Shown in pieces: positions 40,044 to 52,778 of a DNA stretch of 64,000 nt. The DNA is from Octopus bimaculoides (taxonomy: Eukaryota). The stretch is taken from positions 129,641,420-129,705,419 of the forward strand of contig NC_068983.1 of the NCBI RefSeq assembly GCF_001194135.2, given 5' to 3'. Both the position numbers and the translations under genes were made by a program. The notes under the pieces are model-generated. The model was given only the letters and a program-made list of their open reading frames with translations, ran no database searches and was not told the DNA's origin. Within the stretch, counting starts at the first letter, position 1. Every line of letters begins with the position of its first letter.

Positions 40044-40045
40044 TT
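39630..40045 (+). mobile_element. Retroposon 3' end with (AAT/ATT)n and (TAG)n tail
   Basis: Ends catgcattgctctctcattcctaataatgataat; paralogous to 38165-38368. Confidence 0.75.
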
Positions 40046-40080
40046 AGCAATAAGTGGCAAGGGGAAAAATAATAATAACA

Positions 40081-41824
40081 ATTAGTGATGGTGTCAAAAT
40101 AAAAAAAACACTGGTAATTGCGCAACCTGACAATCGCTACCTCATATGAATTTCAATAAAAAAAAACAAAATATTGTGAATAACGGTGATAATGAAACTG
40201 AAGCCAATGATAGTGGCAGTGTTACACCCGATATGCTCAGAGTGACTTGGTCGGGCTCCAGCCTGTTGATATCCAGAAAGGGATCACCACACACGGCGTA
40301 GATGGAGCAAGCAAATTAATACTGTGTTTATGGATTGTTACTACCTGAGGAGATGGGAGATGAAAATGGTGCTCAAATTAGTGGTTACTAAAAACGTATG
40401 TTTGATCATTCGTGGGAAAAGGGATTGTTTCAACTCAGGGAACAGAGACTATGAGATCAAGATAGAGCAATCAGGAATAATTGTTGCTTTACAGAAGTAG
40501 AGCTCGAAGCTATCAAAAGAAGGGTCATGGAAAATAGCAGCAGAGATAACAATGGAAATACAGTTCTTACTAATAAGAGTAATCCCATAGCACAGGAAAG
40601 GAGCAGTGGTAGTTTACTTGATGAGAGATGTATAGATGATCTAAGAGAAGACGATACAAGTAATGGTGACATGACAGATAAACAAAAGGCAATCTACGTC
40701 AGAATAAAATCAAGACTACAGGAGAAAGATAACGACATTATTTGCAAACGTAAAAAGGTTGATCTAATGCAATTGAACCAAGAAACGAAAAAGGACAATG
40801 AAATTCTGAAATACATCAAAACAAACAACATCACAGAAACAAACAATTTGATCAAAGAAACAAGTATTGTTGTATCAGAAAACGTGAGTGTTAATGTCTA
40901 GAAAAAGAACATAATGGTAACGAGAAAAGAAAAGATCCATGGTGGAAAAGAAGAATCCAGGCATGGTTAGACATGCTCTGGAAGGGAATCTCTGCGTCAG
41001 ACCGAAAAGAGAAAGGGGAGCTCAAAAGGGAACAAAAATACAGGTCGCTGAAAAGGAAGAGTACTATTGAAAGAAATGACCTGAAAGTAGTAGTGGAGGA
41101 ACCGAAACAGCCCCACGTGACACAGAAAGCAAAGATGGTGTGATAAGACCAAAGAATGAAGGATTACCACCAGAATAGGTTATTCAGAGTAGATCAGAAG
41201 AGATTCTATAAAAAATAAATGGAGAGCGTACAGATGAAAAGTTGATACCATATTACATTGAAAGTCAAATGTTTGGTATGACATCTAGAGCAATGAAAAG
41301 GAGCAAAAAAAGGATGCTGAATGGTTGCAGGAACTGAAACAAACAGGCAGAACTAGTCATTTCAGTTAAGGAAGTGAAAGAAATCAGCCAAAAAATGAGT
41401 GACTGGAGGACGCCGGTAAGAGATGGAATTCAAAGCTACAGGATGAACAGCTTTGGTAAACGTCATGCACGACTCAACACCTTGTTAAATGCCAACCAAG
41501 TAATACCAGAGAGGTTGCAACTGGGTAGGACAGTGATGTGCCTGAAAATACACCGTAAAAAGCAATAAGGTAGACAAATACAGGCCGATATCCTGTTTGC
41601 CATTTATGTGGAAGTTATTGACTGGAATAGTCGCAGAGTCAATGTACAAACATCTGGAAAAAAATGAAATCCAACCACATGAGCAGAAGGGTTGCAAGCG
41701 GAAGAGCAGATGTACCAATGATCATGTCTTGATAGACAAAACTGTACTGAGAGACTGCAAGGGGAAGAAAAGTAACTTAGTCATGTTATGGATGGGCTAA
41801 ATTAAGGCATACGATATGATCCCA
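40081..41824 (+). mobile_element. R4/Dong-like non-LTR retrotransposon, 5' part through early RT, copy B
   Basis: RRWSKQINTVFMDCYYL; EQRL*DQDRAIRNNCCFTEVELEAIKRR; IKTNNITETNNLIK; KDPWWKRRIQ; HQNRLFRVDQKRFYK; [11 protein letters not shown]; [20 protein letters not shown]; AYDMIP*. Confidence 0.92.
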
Positions 41825-41886
41825 TAGACAGAATATTACCAATCTACAACATCACGTTAATTGTTACTGTGCGACGTTTTCAATAG

Positions 41887-42070
41887 GAAACGGAAAAACA
41901 GAAGAACAGGAGGGGGAGGAGGAAGAGGAGGAGGAGGAGAAGAAGAAGACGAAGAAGAAGAAGAAGAAGAAGAAAAAGAAGAAGAAGAAGAAGAAGAAGA
42001 AGAAGAAGAAGAAGAAGAAGAAGAAGAAGAAGAAGAAGAAGAAGAAGAAGAAGAAGACGAAAAAGAAGAA
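41887..42070. repeat. (GGA)n/(GAA)n microsatellite, tract 3
   Basis: Visible directly in the sequence. Confidence 0.97.
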
Positions 42071-42260
42071 TTAATAAAAAAAGGAAAATTAATAGAAGAA
42101 TGTGTCTGTCTATTTTTTAACACTGACGTCAGTGAGAAAATCAAATGAAAGAGTGAATAAGTTTGCATTTATATGGATAGGCATTTACGGAGAATGCGTG
42201 AAGTAATTTGTTTTGCATATGTATTTGCTCCTTATAATATTAATTCAATGAGTGCAATAA

Positions 42261-43576
42261 TACTGGCGAACACATTTTGTGCCACAAGGTTTATCAATGT
42301 TCGTTAGCTAATTCTAAGTTGCTGAATCCAAATATGGCATCAGATTTTGTCTATCACATAACATTTTTGAGATATCAAATCTTTCATTTTGCTATAAACT
42401 GCTATTTAATGCTCATAAAGAAATAATTAAACATACGTAGATCTAATATTTAATAGACGGTATGTATCGTTTTTATTTCTAATAAATCAATGCAGAAAAT
42501 TCTCGGAGTATATACACATTACCATGTAAGAAATAATCTTGGTTATAATAAAAGACGAATAGAAAATTTCTATTGATTGTTGTCAATTATTGTGATCATA
42601 TTACTGGAAGGAATTCCTCGATTTTGACGGTCATATGTGCCCGGCTTCTGGAATATCTGTCATCAAGCTCCTGCAGTAATCTCCCATCATGTTTACGTCC
42701 CATCGGCCTTGCTAGCGTCTTCCATTATTTGTACATCTTAAGGAATGTGTTCATCTCTTTGTTAACATCACCCAGGTTATCTGGAAACTCACACAAGTGA
42801 TTGTGTAAGTAGTTCAATTTGACGTTCATTCTACATCCAAGCAAAATCAAGAGCAGCTCTTGCACAGACTATTAATAGTTTTCCGCTTCCCCTTTCCCAA
42901 GGGAAGTCCGCACTACATAATAGAAAGCATTCTAAATTCTAGCTTCCGCCGCACTGATTTTTTAACAATATTTGGATCGCTGAGGAGTGTTCTTATTTGA
43001 GGTCCCTCAAATATTCCTGCTGGTTGGTCACTGAGACGTGGAGATGTTACTCATATATATCTGAAGCTGTCCCCACTGTGATCAAGAGCGTTGAGGAATT
43101 GTTTAATAACAGTAAGTTTCAAACACAGTTGGTGTCCCGGTTTCCAACTATAACTTTAAACTAAGCAAGATACACCTTGATAAATCTATTAATATCGCGC
43201 CATTGAGCTAGTGGCACAGACGTAGAAAAAAATATCGGTATCATTTCAGCACATCCATCTTTTTTGATGTTGTATCCATAACTAGATCACAGCATTTCAG
43301 TTCACATCTGAAAAGAAGAAGAACGTCTTTAAAGCGAATCTCAGTTTCAACATCTTCAAAATTTGTATGACGATTCAACGAAAAGTCTCGCAAATTATGG
43401 GATATAAGGCTTAAATGTTGGTAAGCTCCTGGTAAATAAAGGTATATAACGACGGCACAAAAACGTAATTTGATAGAACAAATCTGAGGTTAGTGTTAGA
43501 ATCAGCACTCAAAAATTAGTCTAAAATAGTTGAATGATTTATGCCAGAAAATAAAGTTTTCTGTTGTTGACCAGTA
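42261..43576 (-). mobile_element. Internally deleted Chapaev-like (CMC superfamily) DNA transposon with both termini
   Basis: Minus-strand 42640-43130 translates, with stops and shifts, as KQFLNALDHSGDSFRYI..AGIFEGPQIRTLL..LGCRMNVKLNYLHNHLCEFPDNLGDVN..QGRWDVNMMGDYCRSL. Termini are tactggcgaaca and (reverse complement) tactggtcaaca. Subterminal inverted similarity links 42304-42368 and 43459-43524. Confidence 0.85.
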
Positions 43577-44482
43577 AAATACGTTGTTGTTTTGAAATGC
43601 TATCTTCTTCGGATTTCAGTCCCTAGGTACTTATGCTAGCCCCTTTTTTTTTTTCAAATATTTTCAGAGAATAGGTTTTTGACGGATGGGGTTGCAACAT
43701 CAATCCGAAAACAATTCTTTTCAGTATGACGTTCACCATAAGCTGAGATTGTTTTGCTTCTATTTCACGTCCAGCCTAAACACTGAAATAGCAAAGGATT
43801 GTGACGTCACCATGTGAATGCAAGTTTTGGTGGCTTGTATTTCCATGTTTTTTTTTGTGAGGGAGAGTTATGAGCGGCATATTAACCAGTGTATGTAGTG
43901 AGCCGCCTTGTCATGTCTGTGTAAGTATTCAATTGGTACCAGCCTGCTGCATTTAAACATTATGTATTTGGTTTCTCTGGATGCTCCCTGCATAATGAAT
44001 CAGCTGCTTTCATATTTCAGGCCACTAATCTGGACATTTGTAGTGGGAAGGAACTAATCGTGTAAAGAAATGAAGCACACCTCAGGATTTGTTTTTAGAC
44101 TAGGGTTTGACAGTAACTGAAGAGTAAGGGTTCGATCTACAGCATTGCGCGTGGCGTTACTCACCTATTTTGATGCCATTTTTCTTTGTATATGGAAAAT
44201 TATTATTATTTTGTTTTTACTATGGTTTCTATTTATTTTGCCTTGTCGATTGTGAGCACATTTTCTTCGGGTACTGGTTCAACTAGTTGCATTTCTTGGG
44301 GGTATATTATTGCGCTTTTCGTAAATGAATGCAAATTTATGACATCTTCATATTTCAGATGCATCTTTAAAATCCTGACAGTTGTTTGTTGCAGGGAAGC
44401 GGAAAGTCCCTTGGTTGCAATTTTCAATGAAATTTTAGATTTATTATTGTAAATGATATCATTATTGTTATGGGTGATGTTA

Positions 44483-44524
44483 CTGTTGTTGTTGTTGTTG
44501 TTGTTGTTGCTGTTGTTGTTGTTA

Positions 44525-44568
<44 letters not shown>

Positions 44569-44582
44569 TTTGTTGTTGTTGC
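44483..44582. repeat. (GTT)n/(ATT)n microsatellite
   Basis: Visible directly in the sequence. Confidence 0.95.
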
Positions 44583-47369
44583 AATTTATGAGAAGAGTTT
44601 AAGTCCCTTAGGCTTTTGCGCTCTGTTCGATATTCCAGATGATCTCGTCAGTTGTCACTTTACTTGAGAAACATGACAGAACATTAAAAGAAAACTGTTC
44701 CCTGCGAAGTAATAATAATATTCACTGGTTAGAAATGTGAAACACAGGAAGTGAAATACACTTTTATTGATACTAAAACCACGATAGGTGGGGAGATAAA
44801 CGTATCAAGCGTCGTTATTACTAGTTATAGTAGTTTTGGAGAAGAGAAGAGAAATTGCTGTCGTCTGCTTCGATTCAACTTGCTTGTACAATGGAAACAT
44901 CAATCACAAATAGAACAACGATTAAAATATTTAAAAAATGAATAAAAACACTGCAGCAATATGAACAACGCAAACGAGAAGAGCAATAAAATCTTCCCAA
45001 TAGTAGCCCTTCTATTATTTGCCACAGCACAAAAACAAAACAGAATAATAAATGTGAGCTCATTTCCAAATGTATTTGAACAAATATGTGCAAAACATTT
45101 TCTTCAAAATCTGTTCAGCGAAATGACAGCGTGAGTTTTAAAAAAGAATTATGCTCATGCCACTAGAAGAGAAGGAATTAATTGAATGAGCCATAATACA
45201 AAGTGGTATATGCACAATTTAACAACATCACAAGATATTGAATTTTGGGAAGAAAGATGGTGTTGGCTGTGGTATATAAGGAGAGAAAGAAATTAATATT
45301 GAATGCCGGTATCTCTATGATTCAATGATTAAACTATATAAAAATAAACATCATTACGTCCTAATTAGAGAACCTACACTTCTGAAAACGTATGTTGCTA
45401 TGATGTTAACTTAAAGTCGAGAAACATGAAGATTACGCAAAGTTTACATTTTTAATGTGCATCAAGGATTACGTGTATATATATTATATTACAATGTTAT
45501 TCGGAGGAAAGTGTAAAACAGTTACAATACTACAGCGAAACAGTAAAGTTTGTCATAGTTCTCAAATATTTCTATAAATGCTTACTGTTTATGCCTCTTC
45601 ATTATTAATTTACACAATTTCAAATCAGTGCCACCTTCTTTTTATTGTGCGTTACCTTTATAAATTGATTACAGTTTGGCATTATTATATGCGTAAATCT
45701 CCGAGTATTTTGATCTTCATTTGATAAATACTATGCATTTTCAGGTATTATTTGGTATGTCATAGAGAAATATACATTTGCATTTGTTTTCATTAAGTAT
45801 CTGAGACACCTGTCCAAGTATGATTGTTATTTTCATGTTACGTCTTATCTGTGCGAGAGATGTCCGTTGGGAATTAGAAAGATTTGTCAAACTAATGGCG
45901 ACTTTTATTCTAATTTGCGGTTATTCACCATGCTTATGGTTCGAGTTTACTTACTTCCTCGCATTCCCTTTCAATCCTATTTTCAAATGTGTTGCTAGCT
46001 ATTCTGAAGTAGTTGAATGATTTAAATTGTCATCACATGCATTGATGCATGCATTGGTGCCCTATAAGCCTCGTGAAAGTTTGGTATTAGCAATCAAATT
46101 GTTGTATATGTTATATAACTCTAAATTAAAAAAAAAACAATTAGATAAAAAATACTCTTCTGTTTGACCGTTTAACGGATTGGTAATAATGATGTAATTT
46201 ATTTTGAATGAACTGATTTTTACGATGATTGTGATCACTGATATTAGGGATAAAAATCAACAGGTACGTATTTTGTTTTCGATCGTTCAACATCTACGTA
46301 TTTTGTTACTGATTGTCGCTTATAGTCGCTTATAATTTCATTCTTGGTAAAATGTGTGTAAATTTCTACTCCTATCACTTTTCAATTAACAAGAAATTTG
46401 TAACAAATATACACTGTAAGATATAATCTTAAACACGTCACATTGAGGTTTCATGTATGGTGAAAGTTTCTGACGCGTACTCGGTATTCATATTGGCTGT
46501 GGTTCAATAAACAGTCAGCTTAAATAAACTGTTCTATTGTTCACAGCGCAGTTGGTGTATTCGAACGATAAGAGTAATACTGGGAGTATTCTTGAACGGA
46601 AAATGTCTAATCATCCACAAAATATTCCAAAATGCAGCTTGTCTTGTAAACAGGCAAGGAAAAAAATTGTGGATTTTCTCAATGCATACAATTTTTATAC
46701 GAGCATTGAATTTTCCATACCTGCAGCACCATTTCCATATGAGCAGTAAAATTTCGATGCCAGCTGTACAATTATCAAACGGCTTGCAAATTTAGCGGCA
46801 AGTATCTTAATTTCAGTAAAATATAGATTGTGCAATTTATTATATGATGGCAAACAAGTAAATATTATCGGAGTAGTTCCTCAGAGCGAAAAGTCTAATT
46901 CTATACCTCATTTAGTGATATAGGTCAAGTGAAAATTCTTGGAAAACTACCCTTATCACATTATTAAGTTTTAGAATAGGCATTTGAGCAACATAATAGA
47001 AAAGGTGGTGCCCCGAATTATATTCAATTATACTGAGTTTGGTGTTGCAGCAAATACAATGAGTAACGTTATATTATAGACACGTTGAGTATAATTTTCT
47101 GAGAGAAAAGATGGAAATAGAGGGTGATGACATGATAAATCGCTATCATATATATACTATGGAACAATGAGTTTGGTGAATGCTTAAGGCCTTTTATCAA
47201 ATTCAATATGTATACCAAAACAGATGTTTCTGGACTGATTTTCGAAAATGAACTAGAAATTCTAGTTGTTGTAGACTACATTTGAATATGTTATTCTCTT
47301 TTGTATAATGCTGTTAAGAAAACCTGAATCGTACGTAGTGAGACACAGACACACACACGCATATATATG

Positions 47370-47400
<31 letters not shown>

Positions 47401-47687
47401 GCATGTAGATATATATATATNNNNNNNNNNNNNNNNNNNNNNNNNNNNNNNNNNNNNNNNNNNNNNNNNNNNNNNNNNNNNNNNNNNNNNNNNNNNNNNN
47501 NNNNNNNNNNNNNNNNNNNNNNNNNNNNNNNNNNNNNNNNNNNNNNNNNNNNNNNNNNNNNNNNNNNNNNNNNNNNNNNNNNNNNNNNNNNNNNNNNNNN
47601 NNNNNNNNNNNNNNNNNNNNNNNNNNNNNNNNNNNNNNNNNNNNNNNNNNNNNNNNNNNNNNNNNNNNNNNNNNNNNNNNNNNNNNN

Positions 47688-47730
<43 letters not shown>

Positions 47731-48015
47731 ATGTATATGCATACATGTATACCAGTAGCTTCTGTAACTATTTAAAATTGTCAATTATTATTCATAGAAC
47801 AAAGTTAACCTATCACAAAAATATTCATTTTAAATCTCCAGGCAAATATGAGAACTTTATTACGTTGGATACACTAATTTAAGCAAAACGGAATAAGGTG
47901 CGTTTATGAATATGTATATATGACTATCTATTTATTTATCTATATAACTGTCTATATATACATAACTCTCTCCATGTATGTAACTACCTAATTATATCCC
48001 CCACTTTCTGTTTAT

Positions 48016-48069
<54 letters not shown>

Positions 48070-48953
48070 ACACGCACACACACACATACACACACACATA
48101 TATATATATATACTACATATGTGCGCAATTCTGTCTGTGGGTGTGTTTGTGGAGTCGTTAGGTAATTTATCCTAATCGTTTTATTAATTGTGAATAAACT
48201 TGACACGTGAGTAGAATTCATGCATGGAAACCTCATGGCATACTCAGATAGTAGAATAAATCGATTGTAGGGCCCTGGAAGGGATCTTTGTATAGAGCCA
48301 AGGGAAGTAAGCCATTCGTATTCCTAAATCGTTTGGAAAAAATGAAATTGAATATGCATATTCTTTAGTATTTGAACTGTTATAATTATTTTTCCAATTT
48401 ATCCCGTAGAACGCTTAAACAAGTAAGTTGTATTTTCCTAAAAAAAATAGATCCACATATTTCGGTTAGTGACTTATTCACGAATATACAAACACAAGCG
48501 CCTGTGAGGGTAATATTTTCTGGGAAGGCAGAAAACGCTTTTCAGAGTTATTTAGTTTGAATTGTTATCATCTCATATCTACTTAGACTGTTATTAAGCA
48601 ACATGCTTCACTACCTTAATATACATCCCTTCTTAGTATTTCCACTTATGTTCTATATAATCTGGGAAGGCATTAAGCCCTTTTAGGGGCTACATTTTTG
48701 AATTCTTACTATCGGGTAACTAATTTCATGTTATTACGTAACTGACTTCACAATTTCGGTATTCAAAACTTATTTGGAAATTCCTAAAATCAAACTCCAG
48801 TGTTAGAGAGTTCGGTATTCTCTGTAAATGTACAAAAACCGTTTTAAGGGCTATATACTTCGTATTTCTGTTACTGGATAAGCGAAACGCTTATGAAAAC
48901 GGAACCAAGCGATAAGCCCCATTTTCCCGGGAATTACAGGGTACATCAACTAG

Positions 48954-48986
<33 letters not shown>

Positions 48987-49132
48987 ATCTGTCTGTGTGC
49001 CTGTCTGTCGGTCTGTCTGTGTGCGCGCGTGTGTGCGAGTGCGTGTGTATATATTGATAGAAAAGACAACAAAAGAAAGAACGAGAGCTCGACATTATGT
49101 AAATAGAGGAATGTATCTGCAAAAAATGTGAC

Positions 49133-49177
<45 letters not shown>

Positions 49178-49920
49178 TATATTTCTATATCCATGTACCT
49201 ATAAACTAAAAAAATTAATATATATATATATATATACAACCATACAGAAAATAGATGCAGTCGGTTATTTCGAAATATATATGTGTGTAATTCTGTATAT
49301 AGATATACGTCTATCTGTTGGTTTGTGCGACTGTCATGATGGCCGATCGTTTGCTTTGTTAATTATTTATGAATATACTTAAATGAAAACAAAATCCATG
49401 ATCTCTTATTTGTTTCTATTATACTATTCAATATGATATCATTAAGTGTATATCATTTGCAAATGTTAACCTGTTACAACGCTTCCTACGATATCGATTT
49501 TTTCTGGAACAATAATAGAATGTACTCTTTTAGCTATCACTAACAGCGTGGAGAGAAATTTTATGATATAGAAATCTTTAGGGAACTCAGCTGGCATCAA
49601 TGCTGGATTTTATTTTAATTGCAGAACTCTCAGAAGGTTAGAGAATCAGCCTTTGTGGAAAACTTATTTCCAGAAAATAAAAGTTTCTTCTGAGATTAGG
49701 ATAGGTTTATGGAAGAAACTATTTCATTGCAAAACAACATATCAAGGGAAGACATAGGAAAAAAATCACGGAACATGCTTCTTAGAGAGCATTTTGTCTC
49801 AATACTCGGTGCAATGCGATACTTATTCTATATAGAAGCGTCTACCTAGTGTACGCAATGTGCGCATATTTAAAGGCGAGTGCTCATATATACGTGTGTG
49901 TGTGTGCGTATACACATGTA

Positions 49921-49957
<37 letters not shown>

Positions 49958-50112
49958 GTATGTATGTATATATATAAATATAAATATATATATATATGCC
50001 TAGGTATGTATAGATGTATATATTTATTTAAATGCAGCAAAAATATAACAAAAGCTGTTACTCAGAGTTTCACGTACCTGTTCGTCGGAGAGTCTTGTTA
50101 AAATGGTACGAA

Positions 50113-51819
50113 ATAACGCTATAATGAAAACTAGTTAAATGAAACACCTTCAAAAATGAATTTGTTTCATTGGTCGTTTCAATTAACGGTCTTAAGCATG
50201 CAATGAAGAAAATAAATGAATTCAATATAAATCCATCCTATTGCTAAATAGAAGAAAACCTTAAGCCGATGAGTAGATTCAAAATACATATTGTAAATAA
50301 TTATATACGAAATGTAATTCAATTAATACATTAAAATTATAATTAGAGTTTTCACGCTGCATTACATAAATATTTCAGAACAGTATATACCCATAGAAGA
50401 CCATCTATAATATACATATATGCATCGAAATACACAGATGCATGCACATAGGTACATACATATACATGTATATACATGTAAGACATAAATATACGCACAA
50501 ATGCATGCCTTAAAGTTAGGGAGGGGGAAAGAAAAAAATAAGAACCAAAACGTAACAGCTAGCGAAAGAGAGAAAAGGAACGCATTGTTTAAGAACGCTA
50601 TCAATGTAACGATCAGGGAGAAAAATGATAATTTGCGTAAGGAAATAGAAAGAACGAGGGACAGAATATGTGTAACAATCGTACACATAAAATAAAATTA
50701 CATATATATATACATAATTATATATTAGCATATAAATACTCATACAAGATCACGTATATAAGTATATGGAAATATGCGCGTAAATACGTATCCACACAAA
50801 TATAAATGTATATATGCATACGCAAACATATACGTATACATCCATGTACCTATGTGTACAAGTAGAAGCATACACGCTTACTTACAAATATACACGGACG
50901 CACACATAAAAATGCATATGCATACATACAATACGGACATCTCCATAAAAACATTTCTAGGTACTAGCGTATATATACAAATATTTTTTTTTAATTGCTG
51001 AATGTATGATAATAAAAATCGGATAAAAGTCATGCAAAATAAAACACCAAATATTGTATTATCTACAAATTAAACGATTAAATGAGTTTGTAAAATACAA
51101 TAACATGAAAAAAAAAATCTTTAAAAGTGCAAATAATATATATATATAACAGTCGAAGGAAAATGTCTGGAGAAAGGAATCGTGTACAACTCCAAAGTGT
51201 AAATATTAGGCTCACGTGAGCATAAAATCTACACAGGGGCTTCTGAAAATTCTTTCAAGACCCGAATTTATCCTCATACAAATTCCTTCCGATACCCCGA
51301 AAATACGACAAAGACCAGCCTGGCAAAATATGTCTAGGAATTAAAAGAAAATGAAACCCGGCCTTTCAACGTGACATGGATAATTTTAGATGAAGCATCA
51401 CGTAACAGGCATGGTGCGCATAACATTCCCATCAAGTATTATTTATGTCTTTTGGAAAAAATTCATTATTTTATTCCCGAACAATTGCGCTTTGAATCAG
51501 AGGCGCGAACACTTCAATTCCTGCAGAACGCAACAAAAGTAATAATGTCAGCTGACAAAATTACATATGGATAGTATATATTTTGGAATCTTGAACTTTT
51601 CAATCCTACTGTTGGATTTGTATTTTGCAATGCATGATTTACATCGCGTCGTAAAGATATTGTATATATTTCGACATATTTCTTAAGAAAGCCTTCGACT
51701 GTTATACTGAATTCATTTATTGTGTTCATTGCATGCTTAAGACCGTTAATTGAAAGAATGAGTGAAACAAATCCATTTTTAAAGGTGTATCTTTTAACTA
51801 GTTTTCATTATATCGTTAT
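50113..51819. repeat. ~118-bp inverted repeat pair (50113-50230 / 51702-51819)
   Basis: Includes a perfect 31-bp match tttcaattaacggtcttaagcatgcaatgaa and the match tataatgaaaactagttaaa. Confidence 0.92.
51145..51706. mobile_element. Candidate MITE bounded by a perfect 15-bp inverted repeat
   Basis: TATAACAGTCGAAGG at 51145-51159 and CCTTCGACTGTTATA at 51692-51706. Confidence 0.5.
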
Positions 51820-52431
51820 ATCCGATGAAAGGGAACTTGATGCGCTGAGTAAAATATTTTCTTATATTTCTGCTGTTTTTAAATAAAGCATATTACTCTA
51901 CCTCTGGTATTCGAGAACTCTTTTTCCACCTTCTTTCACATTCATGTGCTTNNNNNNNNNNNNNNNNNNNNNNNNNNNNNNNNNNNNNNNNNNNNNNNNN
52001 NNNNNNNNNNNNNNNNNNNNNNNNNNNNNNNNNNNNNNNNNNNNNNNNNNNNNNNNNNNNNNNNNNNNNNNNNNNNNNNNNNNNNNNNNNNNNNNNNNNN
52101 NNNNNNNNNNNNNNNNNNNNNNNNNNNNNNNNNNNNNNNNNNNNNNNNNNNNNNNNNNNNNNNNNNNNNNNNNNNNNNNNNNNNNNNNNNNNNNNNNNNN
52201 NNNNNNNNNNNNNNNNNNNNNNNNNNNNNNNNNNNNNTCATAATGTCTTACGTTTAAGATGATTCCTATGCTTTCCCTGATGAGAAGGTTACAATTTTAA
52301 TATCAAAGATCCCTATGGATCACACAGGTTGTAATCCTTTGAAACATATGTAGGAATAAAGTATGCAATTATAACATGCGTTTTCTCCAATCCTTAAATT
52401 CTTATATATGTATATATATGTATATGTGTGT

Positions 52432-52465
<34 letters not shown>

Positions 52466-52639
52466 CTGTGTGTGTGTGTGTGTATGTAAGTTGAGAGGTA
52501 TACATACATTCAGGAACATTGTGTTCTCTAGGACTAATCTATATTTTGCATTTGCGGCTCCGTCTGTGTCAAATGAGCCCTGCTCTTGACAAACATACAC
52601 GACTGCAAACGATGCAGGACAGTCTTTCCCCATTTACTA

Positions 52640-52747
52640 CACCAATGAAATGTGGATTGTTAGGCATGTGGATCCTACTTTAGCTTCAGGCTGACTTAAC
52701 CCTTGTCAGTGGAATTGGTAGACGAAACCTAAAAGTTTCTCGTTATT

Positions 52748-52755
<8 letters not shown>
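52640..52755 (+). mobile_element. SINE 3' tail fragment followed by (AT)n
   Basis: cttgtcagtggaattggtagacgaaacctaaaag resembles the end of a common octopus SINE (from recall; no second copy in this window). Confidence 0.5.

Positions 52756-52778
<23 letters not shown>

Noticed and set aside
37694-42168. Poly-Arg, poly-Glu and poly-Leu ORFs (protamine-like appearance)
   Set aside because: They are translations of (GAA)n tracts.
46546-46800. Candidate exons on both strands (plus acceptor at 46545; minus donor CAG|GTATGG at ~46721)
   Set aside because: The peptides are unrecognisable and the two strands give competing models, which is typical of chance signals.
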